Below are positions 51,901-63,400 of a stretch of DNA of 64,000 bases, one piece after another. Source of the stretch: Stylophora pistillata (lineage: Eukaryota); NCBI RefSeq assembly GCF_002571385.2, contig NW_019217805.1, forward strand, positions 1,137,285-1,201,284, written 5' to 3'. The translations under genes and the position numbers were made by a program. Numbering within the stretch: the first letter of the stretch is position 1; each line of letters opens with the position of its first letter. The notes under the pieces were generated by a model, which ran no database searches, had not been told where the DNA came from, and worked only from the letters and a program-made list of their open reading frames with translations.

Positions 51901-53929
51901 CGTGCCCTTATTTCACATTCTGGAGGAATGACAACTTTTCCTGTGTAATAGGCTGAGACAAGCGTTTGTATTTGTCCTAAAGCCAAAACAAATTCATATT
52001 ACAAAACAATATCCGGTAGATGGAAGAATTTACTTGCTGTAAAACCTTTTATTTGCATTGTGGAATAGAAACATTTGTCTTTAATTGGGATTCATCACCC
52101 GTGAGAGCGCTTTTAATAAGGCAAGAGTTACGAACTTGTCAGGTGAGATCATAGACAAAAAGATACGTCACCTCTATGGAAACTTGACACAAGGAAAACC
52201 TATGAAGTGAATCTACACAATAGGTATCTGCCGCGAAACTTTTCAATTGTCTCAATAGGTTAAAAGCTTTTGAACATCGTTGTAATTGTTCGAAGAGGAT
52301 TTTTACCGATAAAGCATTTGGCTCGGACGAAATAATTTTTTTCTCGGTTGCTACATGAAAGACTGCCTCTAATCTCGGTAAAGTATACTTTAAAAAATAT
52401 TTCATACTTACAAAAAAATGGAGAAATAATTTTATAAAGATTTTTCACTTAAGAGGAAATCGTATCGGGAAACTTCTATCAGATTGCTCTAACACTTTAC
52501 ACGGTCAATATTGTTTGAAACGTCGTTTGTGTCACATGAAAATTTTCAGTCATATAACATTACATGTTGGATAGGGACAATCACCGAAAAACTGGTGATT
52601 ACCATGGATTATCGAAGTTACATTGGATTCGTAACAGAGTCAGTCGACCGGAAAAAAAGAAGCGTTTTCAAAAAGCCGTAGATTACCTTTTAAAAAATGT
52701 ATCAAACTGATTTCATTTCTTAATGTATTTTTTTTCGGTAAGACCAATATTACCTTCTTCGTCAAATAGACCACCCCGGGTACAGTTTGTAAAAGATTTA
52801 TTCATGTCAGGTAAGATTTTTTTTCGTTTGGTATGTAAATTGCGTTTGTTGAGCATGGCGTTTAATACGGATATGGGGCTGAAGATTCTTAAATATCCAA
52901 GAGGATGATTATTCTGTTTTAAAAATTTCAGGTTTATATTCTATCATATAATTCTCTTTTTGTATGTTTTAAGTTAATGGCCCTGCGGCGTAAAATCTAT
53001 TCGTAAACATCTGCTTTATGATGCATTTTGATTAGTTTATAAATTATGTATATTTCTATTTGAATAAATGATGCACATTTTCCTAAAAAAATCTCCAACA
53101 TTTGTCACACAAGTGCTTCCCTTTGCATGAATTCTCTTGCAAAAACGCACAAGTTTGAAGCCCACAAAAATTCGACTCATTTTCACGATTTCATCATCGC
53201 ATAGCGACGCCTTTCGCTTGTTGTTGAAAAGTGTTCCATCGCTAAAATGACTGATCAAGGCGTGATGCAGAATATTAACAAAAACATCCTTTTCTGATTT
53301 AAGGTAATGCAAAATGAATTTATAATAGCCATGTGTAATTCTGCATACACACTCAAGCAATAAAAAAACGTCAGTGTCGTGCAAATTTGCGAATCATGCC
53401 AGTTTTTAAATAGCAGTAGACACAAGGGCGCGTTATGTACCTGTTTAGTATTGTTTCAACTCAGTTGTTTACCGAGCATTTAGCTTTAAATTCGAATCAC
53501 CATGTTAGAATCATGCTCCTTAAAAGATTTCAGAACTAAACACTGTAGGAAATATTTTCTGCAGCAGCTCTCTCTGCGTTAATTACTAAGAAAAAAGGGA
53601 GATGCCACTTTTTTCCATCTTAATTTTTTGCGCCAGCCTTACAATTGTGTCACGCGTGGAGCTTTAGGGAGTTATGGAAAATTTGCGTGTCCGATCTTTT
53701 TAGGGAAAGAATTTAACAAAGGATGTATTAGAATGACAAATTTAACAAATTTAAGTCTCGCTTTGAAATAGAAAAATTAAAAGGTCAATAGTGTAGATAA
53801 ACAAATAAACAAGATCAGCATCATGACCATCATGGAAGGCGCCATCAGAATTGAAAGAACATCTTTTTTTTTCTCTTGAATCTTTTTTTTTGGCACTCCT
53901 TCGTGTGTTTGCTTGCTTGTTTAGGGATC

Positions 53930-54186
53930 GCTAAAAGTTTCGGAAATTTTGGTGCTGCGTCGTTAGGGGTATTACAAGATAATATGGTTTCGTCAACTGA
54001 GTTGGTAACGCAAATTGGCCAGATTTTCTAAAGCTGGCGTTTCGAGCGCTAGTCCTTGTGCAATGCGAACCTTTTGAACCTATCGCTCTGACGAACGACT
54101 AAAACCTCGAAAAGTCACCTTCAGATCAGAAATTCTTTTAAGGTGACCAATTACATAAACAACTCAGTTGATAAATCAAATTATCC
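53930..54186. mobile_element. Degenerate hammerhead-ribozyme-bearing (Penelope-like pLTR/retrozyme-type) element with two divergent arms
   Basis: Sense core CTGACGA(54088-94)..CGAAA.GTC(54108-116), degenerate antisense copy at ~54031-54069, inverted caactcagttga motifs at ~53993-54004 and ~54160-54171, near-perfect flanking repeat tgtttagggatc/tgtttggggatc. Confidence 0.6.
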
Positions 54187-57100
54187 TGTTTGGGGATCAG
54201 TCTATCTCCTTACCGTGTTCCAATTTACAGATGTTTACGGCTTGAGGTGCACTTTGTAATCAAAGAATAAATTTCAAAATGAATTTGGTTTGTATCGGAA
54301 AACATGACAATTCTTTACCACTGGATTGAAAAGCTAAACTGTCTTATTTACTCTAAATGGTTTATGCAGTGAGAGTTTTGCCTGATTTAATTTACGTAAT
54401 CCTGCTGGTTGTATTATTATCATTATCATTATCATTATTAACTTCATTATCATTATCGTCATTTTGTTCGATCTCGCTAAGAAAAGATAGAAATGGTGAA
54501 CCTCTATTGTCAAATGCGAACTCCGACTCATACATATTTACGAGAAGACTTGAAAATTGAAAAAATTGTCACCTTTGAGTTGTAGTACAAAAAGCTAGAC
54601 ATTTGATTCAAAACAAGCTCCAACAAAACGATTTTGTTTTCTTTTTTTATGATCTAGATATGATTTGTTTCTAAAGATGAAAACTACAAACAACAATTTA
54701 CATGTTCGTTTCTTCGACCAAAGGTATCTCTGCCATGACACAAGGATAATGAATGAACAACCCTACATTGAAACTATCATAATGTTTGATGAGCTGAAGC
54801 GATGCACTATAACAACTTTTTTCACAACTACATACCAAGAAACAGAGCCGTTTTCTGAGACAGTTTTCAAAGAAAGATTGCAAATCAAAAACTATCCAAA
54901 TGTATTTTGTCTGCAAGGTGCAGCTGCAGCATTACTTAGTTAGTCAAGTATGCTGTTTTTAATAGGAAGCTAAACAAAAATAAAATCAACGTTATCAACA
55001 ACGTTTGCTTTCTGAATACTCACAATGATCAGGATGTTGCACCAGCGGGGAGCCGGCTTAGGAAAGGAAGTTGATATTCTGTTCGAGATGTGCTTTGCGT
55101 TTTGCTTAAGTTATTGTTTGAACACAGCTTCAAAGCTCTCGCAGATACAGTTTTTATTCGCCCTGGTCTCTGTTGAAACATATTGCTAAGATACCGAAGG
55201 ACGAGTGGAAACATGTACACGAAACAATATTTGCTGAGTAAACCTCAACATCGTTTCGATTAACTACAGAGTAAAAAAAAAAAACGCTCGAATTCGAAAT
55301 AATGTTATATATTAAGACGGTAACAAGACGATGAAAACGATTCTGTGTCATTCTCGGAAAGCCTGTTCAAAGAGCCGAAAATACGGTACAGTTTTTCACA
55401 AAGAGCCAAGGACAAATTAGCTCACAGCTCAAACTGTGCGATCGAGGGTAGATCAGATTTCAAAAACATAGTTACTTTAATCAGGGTAAGCATTCAGTGA
55501 ATACTCTTCAATGTAGCATTCGAATGGTAATTTGAGTAATTCTTAAATCGATATCCTCTGGTATTAATATCACAGAGTGGCTAGAGCGAAAAAAAAAGGC
55601 CTTAATTGTGCTCTAAAATGAAAGAACATTTCTGTTGTGTATAGGACTCCTCACTTAAAAAAAATCAATAAGAATATATCTCTCAACGTCCCTTATTTTA
55701 TTTATTCTTGGAAATCCTATTCAATATACCTTGAATGACAAGTCATAGACACTTTTGGATCCGCATAATATACGATTTAAAATTAAAATGGCAAAATATG
55801 CAAAAGTTCGTGTTATGGCTGAGTTCTTGTTCTTTTCTTTCCCCAGGAGAAAAAAAATCGGAAAATGTTTCGACCCTAGCTTTCAGCTTCAAACTGAAAG
55901 GAACCCCCGTTCGAAAAGCGAATTGAAAAAGGTAAGTTAAAGAGAAATTACAAATATTTAATTGAATATGCAAAGATAAAAAAAAGTATATCAAGTATTA
56001 TTACCCTCAGGATAATTTCTTGTCTTGAAAGTCGACTTGTTTACTGGAAATGGGGTCGCAAATGCAATTATTGCATGGACAGTCAGTCTGACTGCTCATT
56101 CACAAAATCGTTAAGTCTGACTCTCCGACCCACTAAAAAAGTGAATTGCAAGATTGTTCAACTCACTGACTCTAAACAAAAAACTGCGGGAGGCTAAATC
56201 TGTAATTTTTGTATGTTGATTTGTTTCTTCTTTGTGATGTTGAAGTTGTTTGTTGAATTTTGAGGAAAGGTGTTACATCTGAACTTCAGCAAACAAAGAA
56301 GGAAGCCGCCGGGTCTTAACGAAAATAAATAATCCCACTTATACCGGAAACTCCCGTTTTGGATTAAGAGTTAGTTCGAAAAAAAAACCACAAAATGATG
56401 ATTTGGCTGTAACCTCCATTGCCCCTCTGAATGCAGTAAGACAGGAGAGAGCAACCTTTCACCAGCTGCTTTTGCTCGTGTTATTCAAAACTGCAGAAAC
56501 ATTTTTGCATTTAAAGGAACGGTTAGACGCAAATATGACAATCGCTGAAAATTTCGTCAACAACACACGCATGACGCGCATGTTCTAAGTCCAGCGAGGT
56601 GCCGATGAAGGACTTCAAAAAAATAATCACGTCTTCATGTATACCTGCATACTTGGTTGTAAGAATACAACACAATCTTTCCCTTAAAGCGCATTTCGCA
56701 ACGAAACGACGCTAACCTCTACTGTTGGAAATTATTTCTCGCTCAATTCCAAGCGGAAGAATTAACACGCAACTCGTGCGCAAAGGACTCGGAAGGGTTC
56801 GTCCCTAGTCTCTTTGGAGACACTCTCTCGTTCTCAGTCTCATTTAGGCTCCTTTATGCCTCTTGCTCGCTTGCCAATAACCTAGTGCTGTACACTGTGC
56901 ATTGCTAGGGATGAGCTCGGTTTGCTGGGAGAATTAAACGGACAACCTTTATTTGCCGTAATTTGGCCACTCAGTTGAGTGGCCGTTTATTTTTAATACC
57001 AATTCAAATTACAGTAAAACCGGAAATAAAACCTAATCCCAGCAAAGGTGAGGGCAAACACGCCAAACCCCTGATCGACCCGAGAGACAGGGCCGCCCCA

Positions 57101-57689
57101 CCAGAAGCCCAGGCAATGCACAGTGCCCAAACAAAAAACTATTGCAAGAAAGCAACGCGGCTCACACTGGCAAGGAAACCAGCCTAGTGCCCCCTGGCGA
57201 GAATGATAGACTGAAAGCTAGTATCCATGGTACATGAATGGCACAGAGTAATAACACACCCGCCGAGTAAGTATCATGACCCATGCTGACAAAGCCAGAA
57301 CTGTACATCCCTTCCATACACAACCAGAGAGGTGACAACCTGGCCACACAAAAGTAACAACAACTGGGGAAATCAAATAGTAATGATTGCACTGTGACTG
57401 TCTCAGTGAGCATCACAACTAGCTGACTGATATTAGGTCATGCCGATTGAAAGTATTACAACGAGCGTGTAGCTAGTCGTTGGCACCAACTGTAAGTTTG
57501 CCTAGAGCCGCACGGTGGAATGTTTCCCTCAGTGGACTATTGAGTTCAGCCTTGTTGGTTATGCCAAATATTTTCGTCTCAACGTCTTAGGACAGGAGTC
57601 CGTACAGCTTCAAAATACGATTTAAGTCTTAACAACCGAGCTAAGGTGAAGCGAGAGCAAAGGGCCCAAAAACTCGTGGGTAACTTGTA

Positions 57690-57727
<38 letters not shown>

Positions 57728-57741
57728 GTTTTTATTGGCTC

Positions 57742-57778
<37 letters not shown>

Positions 57779-57819
57779 ATTTTTGTACATTGTTAAAATC
57801 CGGTTTCTTCTCACAAAAC

Positions 57820-57859
<40 letters not shown>

Positions 57860-57869
57860 TAATAAAACA

Positions 57870-57905
57870 ATTATTCCACTCTCGCTTGTTGGATATGAGA
57901 TGATT

Positions 57906-57963
<58 letters not shown>

Positions 57964-57978
57964 GCACGTGGAATAATT
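57870..57978. repeat. Palindromic dispersed repeat
   Basis: attattccac..gttggatatgagatgat..tagccaac / gttggcta..atcatctcatatccaac..gtggaataat hairpin. Confidence 0.65.
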
Positions 57979-60133
57979 GTTAATTATCCTGAATCAAATC
58001 GCCCGATCTCAGCTAAGGCAATTAAAATGGAGGCGATGTTGCGAATGTTTTCAGGATCGCACTAGATTGTTTTATCCACTCTAAGCCGCCCCGTCCAAGA
58101 AGTACTACTAAAACACAAAGAAAAAAACTGGCACACCAGTCTAAGTAAAGCCTTCCAAGTGATGTTTGGATCGCTGTTCCTGCAATCTAAATGCTGGCGA
58201 AAGACTAATATTAGACGCGTACACGCAGTGTTCGGCCGCCGCCATGTGATTAGCCTGTATGATTTGTTTGCGATTGACTGCGCTAAATTCAAGTAAACAC
58301 AGCCTGCTTAACTGGAAGGTGAAACGGACAACTCTCGTGACGTCCTTCTGAAAGGAGATAAGGAGGATTCCTTCTAAAAGCCCTTCAGTCTTCGGTAAAA
58401 TGTTTGCCCTGCACCGAAGCTTAACTAAAAGAGGCCCGAAATCACATGTTCGGATGTTTAAGTATCTGCCATTTTAAGTCCCGGTAATAAATGTCATTTT
58501 GGTTGCTCGAGGAGGAGTCATAGGTGGTATATCTATGGTACATCCCGAGTAACTGAAATGATTGATGCAGGTCTAAAAGTCTGCTTTCATTTTCTTTTTT
58601 TTTTTGGCCTTAAGAGTCAATCTTGAAATAGATTTTCAAAAAATAATTATAAAGAAGATGTCTGTTTTTCAATCACCATTGTAAAACTTTTAAATGATTT
58701 ATAAGCCGCTAATTTCTTTCTCAACTCAGTTGTTAAAAGCAAATAGAAAAACATCATTGTAGAACATTCACGTCATTTTGCCTCTAAGGCCGTAAAACCA
58801 TAATTTGTTTCTGTCCTAAAGTTCAAATCAAAATTTTTCCCATGCAGCAGTTGAAAACTTCTTTTCGTGCCATGAAGTGACCTAGCCGTGATAGTCGATG
58901 GTACCATTTATAGAATTGCACCTTAATGTAAGCTATGGTGATATTCAAAGGCAGCCTTTTTTCAACCATTTTCTCTTTTTATCACCCATTTTGTGGTCGA
59001 GTTCACCTCACCTAAAAATTTATCAGGAAACACTTTTCCTCGCCGAAAAACAAGAAAAGGTAAGTTTATATACAAGTACATGAAGCATGCATGGTCGGAA
59101 AAAATCGTTAATTGGATACGAAATGACAACCGTAACTCGCAACTTACTACTGAGAAAAAACAACATAAGTCGGAAAATCCGAATTCATTTTCTTCTGAAG
59201 TTCTTAAGGGTAAAATTAACGTTTACCTCGATTCACTTGAAAAAACTCATATCCAAAGCAGCGAATTCATGCAGCTCTGGCGTTATCCGGTATTTGAACC
59301 TTTTCTTTGCCGCCTTACCGATTCGTCAAAGGTGTGACTCGATTTTTCATCAGTGTTTTGCCTTTGGCAGTTAGAATCGTACGCAGATCATTCATCATGT
59401 CTAAACTAATCGGAGCCAAATAAAAGCCACTTGATATCTTCATCACGCGTTCGTAAGGTCGTAGATATGATTTGGTGGTTTCAACCATGATATATCTAAA
59501 TGTTATTACTGCAAGATATGGAACTCGACCTTGGGTCCACTTTTTCTTTACATGATAGGTTCTTTAATAGGAAGAAATGGCAGCTTTGCACAATAATTAA
59601 CGCCAAAAACTTGTTCCATGGTAGTTCTACGGTCGTTTGCAGCCAAGTAACACTAAATTTTATCGCCAAATTTACAAGTTGCTTTCACAGAGGCGGCTTA
59701 GAAAGCCTGAAAACACCTTAAAATTAAATTATTTAGCATTCAATTTGGTGACAGAACATATTTCACGCCTGCACTAAATTTTTCCACGAACTGAAGCCAT
59801 TCCGCAATGAAACAAGCGATCAGATTATCGGTTGTCTAACCCTCTTTTTGTCACGAAACCCAACGAGTTTGCGAAAGTGGTTTGTTTCTAGATGATAAAA
59901 AACCATCCTGTTTCAGAGTTGAGATTAAATCTCCTTGGCCGAGCCATGGCGCCTTAAACGACTCCAACCAGAGCGAGGCTCCAAATCAAGTGTGCCCTTA
60001 CGAGAAATAAACAAATACTAACTTTGTAAACAATAGACAGTGTAAAAAGTATATAAAAAAGTATATAAAAAAAGTATATAAAATAATAAAAGAAAAAACG
60101 AAAACGATAGGAATAAATCCCTCATGCGGCCGA

Positions 60134-60254
60134 AACAAAAAAAGACATGAGCGAGGAGGAGCTTTTTCAACAACTTAATGACAACATTCGCGCAGAAATT
60201 GCCATCCACGTCAACTTGGACACACTGAAGAAAGTGAAGATGTTTGAGCATTGC
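60134..60254 (+). pseudogene. Displaced CNG C-linker coding fragment upstream of the second CNG gene
   Basis: Translates KKDMSEEELFQQLNDNIRAEIAIHVNLDTLKKVKMFEHC, homologous to [39 protein letters not shown] of the CNG gene at 43827-44139; no splice acceptor, and homology stops abruptly. Confidence 0.8.
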
Positions 60255-60695
60255 TTTTATGAGGTTGTACGGTCGCTCGTTTTTCTACCATTAAGGTGAA
60301 GGCACGAACTTTGTTACAAAAAGCATTCTTTGATTTGGGATTCCATCCCCATTACTTTCCCAACACTGCTGACTCGAGGCCTGATATTCATAACGAGGGG
60401 TTCTACTTACTTCGCTGCATAACTCAGTCAAGATTTAGTGCAAGAATATTAATACTGTCAAAATTTACGTTTTTTGTGAGTAAGTAACAACAAGCAAGGA
60501 GAGAAAAAATCAACCACGGAACGGACGCTCGCTTAAGTTCGCGTTCGTGATTCTCCGCGCCTTTTGTTTCGCTCGCACACTGGACAATTATTTTTGAAAG
60601 GAAAGATGGTCTGTCGATAGACTTAAGTTACAACTATTCTTTGACGATTGTAATGATATTTTTACCGATACAGGTATTTTGTTTGAACATAAAAG

Positions 60696-62586
60696 ATGCA
60701 AAGACCGTCGAATCTCACTCCAGACGAAAGTCCCCTCACTGGGGTGAATCACGCATCTGGTCAAGAGGAGGCTGCTGGCCCACAAATCCCCAGGGTGGTT
60801 ATTGAGTCCACTGGACAGACGCGATTTGCGAGCTCCGTGCTTAGAGTTTTATCTATGCAACGTTTCTACAAGAAAACCGGCAGAAGATCACGCGATTCAT
60901 GGCTCGAGCGCTACACTGGAACATATCAAGAAGACAGAGACTGGCGCCGACCGCTCATGCGCAGATCTGCTTCAAACTCACCCCAAGTTCAGAGCCCTAC
61001 ATCGGAAGGGACGGGAAGTTCTCGAGACGCATCAGATGCCCGGCTTGACCAGGGAAGTTGCAATTGCACGCCAGTATTTGACCCTTCAGGGGACTTGTAC
61101 TTCTTTTGGCTGATCGTAGTTGTTCTCGGAATCTTGTACAATTATTGGACGATTATTTTCCGCGTGGCTTTCTTCGTGCGTGAGCAGAAGTATGTAATAC
61201 CATTCATGGCGATCGACTATAGCTGCGACTTCATATTTCTCCTGGATATCATTGTGCAATTTCGTACGGGGTACTTTCTCGACGGCAAAATAGTCACGGA
61301 TACCAAACAACTAGCCAAACATTACGTGAAATCTCGGGGTTTCTTTCTGGATTGCGTTTCCATCCTACCAATCGACCTTCTCTTTTTGGTGCTGGGCCCA
61401 AGGCCTGCTCTGCGATTTGGTCGGCTCCTTAAAGCGCACAGACTTTTCCTCTTTTGCGACCGCGTTGAGATTTACAGCGGTCGCCCCAAGCTGTTTAACC
61501 TTTTGAAGCAGATTCATTACCTGTTTCTGATAATTCACTGGGTTGCTTGCTTCTACTTTCTTCTTTCATATATGGAGGGATTTGGAGCTGACAAATGGCT
61601 CCATCCCATGCTCCAGGGTCAGTGGGAAGAGGTGAGTAAAAACATATGCCTACTTGAATAGACTATTTCCGAGATGCCCTAGTCGTCTGTTTCAAAGCGA
61701 AGGTGAGCGCGAAGCCTTGGATACGACGACTTATTTTACATTCTTTGGAAATTTAGACTCTGTTACAACTGAAGGCTTTTCGACTGGTCTCATTCCGAAA
61801 ATCGGGGTTTTTCGGAATTCGGAAATGGTTCATCGAAACACACAGCTTAAGCAATATTTTCGGGGTAATAGTGCAGACGACTATGCCTAATTTCGAAATA
61901 TTATTCCGTCCATGTATCAAAAACATTCATGGCATTTTCTCGTGAAAATTCACGTCACAAAATTTTGGTAATTTTACGTTGCAGTTTCTCAGAGAATTGG
62001 GAGAAAATGCAAAAAAAAAATAAAACTTATCGGCTTTCGTGAACAGTTGTGTTCAACTTTCTAACTGAAGATATCAGATAACATAAACCAATCAACATCA
62101 TTCATCCAACCCATTTGTTGGGCCTATTCCTAGTAATCACAAAGGTAAATGCGCAGAGAAAAAATAGAGGGAGGTCTGAGGTCCGGTTACGCATGGAACG
62201 CGTAGGGGACGCGCCACTTTTGCGTTCCGCTTAAGGTCCTCTTTGTTTACAAGCTTAACACCTGTGACTCGGTCATTTAGATATTCGACGATTTGACGAG
62301 CCATTTATATCTATTTTAAGGAGTTTACATTTGTTACAAGACGATATTGAGAGTGTTCTTAACCTCTTTTTAGGTCGGTCCTCAATATCTCTACAGCCTG
62401 TTTCGTTCACTGGTATCCATGACAACAGTGGGTACAGGTAAACAGGTCTCACCCCAGACCACCATGAGCCTAATGTTCTGTATCTTCACGTACTTATGTG
62501 GGGTTCTGATATTTGCTACCATTGTCGGCAACGCAGCAGATATGATTGTTGATCTCAGGAGACATAGAGAGAAATACCATAGAAAG
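60696..62586 (+). CDS. Second CNG-channel-like subunit (S1-S6 exons), divergent pore; gene continues beyond right edge
   Basis: Exon 60674(ATG 60696)-61631: VFDPSGDLYFFWL..DYSCDFIFLLDIIVQFRTGY..S4 LRFGRLLKAHR..IHWVACFYF. Exon 62374-62586: YLYSLFRSLVSMTTVGTGKQVSP..GVLIFATIVGN. In-frame TGA just upstream of the ATG supports the start. Confidence 0.88.
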
Positions 62587-62599
62587 GTCTGTTGTTGTT

Positions 62600-63010
62600 T
62601 CTCGTCCTCTTTTCTCTCAGTGTGTCTGTTTGCCTCTGGCTGTCCAAGTTAGTCTATATCTATCTTTCCGTCTCTGTGAATCTATTTCCCAGTCTGTGTC
62701 TCTGCATTTGTTACTGTCTGTTTCTTTGTCTGTCGTTCTGTATGAGACTGTCCCGTTTTTGAATCTGTCAGTCTGTATGTCCATCTTCCTATCTCTATCT
62801 TTCTGGCTGTCCTATTTCTGTATTTCTCTCTCTTTGCCTGCCTGCCTACCTGTTTGTCTGTCATTGTATCCCTCTCGGTCTCTCTCAGACTGTCCCCTGC
62901 GTGTGTACTTCGTTTATATGTCTCTGTGTCTTATGATTAAAGTGTCCCGTTTGTTTTTCTGTTAATCTGTCATCTCTCTTTCTTTCTTCGCCTTTTTGTC
63001 CGTGTCTGTT
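62600..63010 (+). repeat. Degenerate (TC)/(TCTG)n low-complexity intronic tract
   Basis: Pyrimidine-rich tctctg/tctgtc iterations. Confidence 0.7.
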
Positions 63011-63079
63011 TTTTTTTTTGTTTTATTTTTATTTTCAGTCATTTCATGTGTTACTACCACAGATTTCCTTAGTAGCAAC

Positions 63080-63400
63080 CAGTCATTATTTATTGGAGGG
63101 GGAGGCAGAGGATCTTGGGAGGTCACATGCTTTTCAGGGGGAACCGAGGGGGGATCAGTCGTCAGTGACAGAGTAATAAGGGGGACTATAGAAAATTGAC
63201 TACTAATGAGAGAGATCATTACAATACTACAGAGCCTTGGAGGGGATCTGGTAGATTTTATCATGGCACAACCAAAATCCGACCTTGCTCTCAGGGCCCA
63301 CCCCTAACTGAGAGAAAAGGACTTGGGAGCGAGGTTGAACCAAAATCCTCCGACGCCTGCCCCACTCCCACCCCGAGTACTAAATAATGACCGGTTTCTA
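63080..63400. repeat. Dispersed G-rich repeat family; relatives at ~32835-33075, ~33830-33960, ~39570-39850 (reverse)
   Basis: Shared accagtcattatt..ggaggcagaggat..ttttcag.gg.aac..gtcgtc..acagag..actatagaaaatt..atactacagagcctt sequence. Confidence 0.55.

Noticed and set aside
60147-60696. In-frame fusion of the C-linker fragment to the second CNG gene via AG|gtgaag donor at 60295
   Set aside because: The phase fits, but an in-frame TGA (g TAT TTT GTT TGA) precedes the ATG at 60696, so no fusion protein results.
62546-63264. ORFs rich in S/L/V/C or R/Q/T/D/K
   Set aside because: Translation of (TC)/(TCTG) low-complexity intron sequence.
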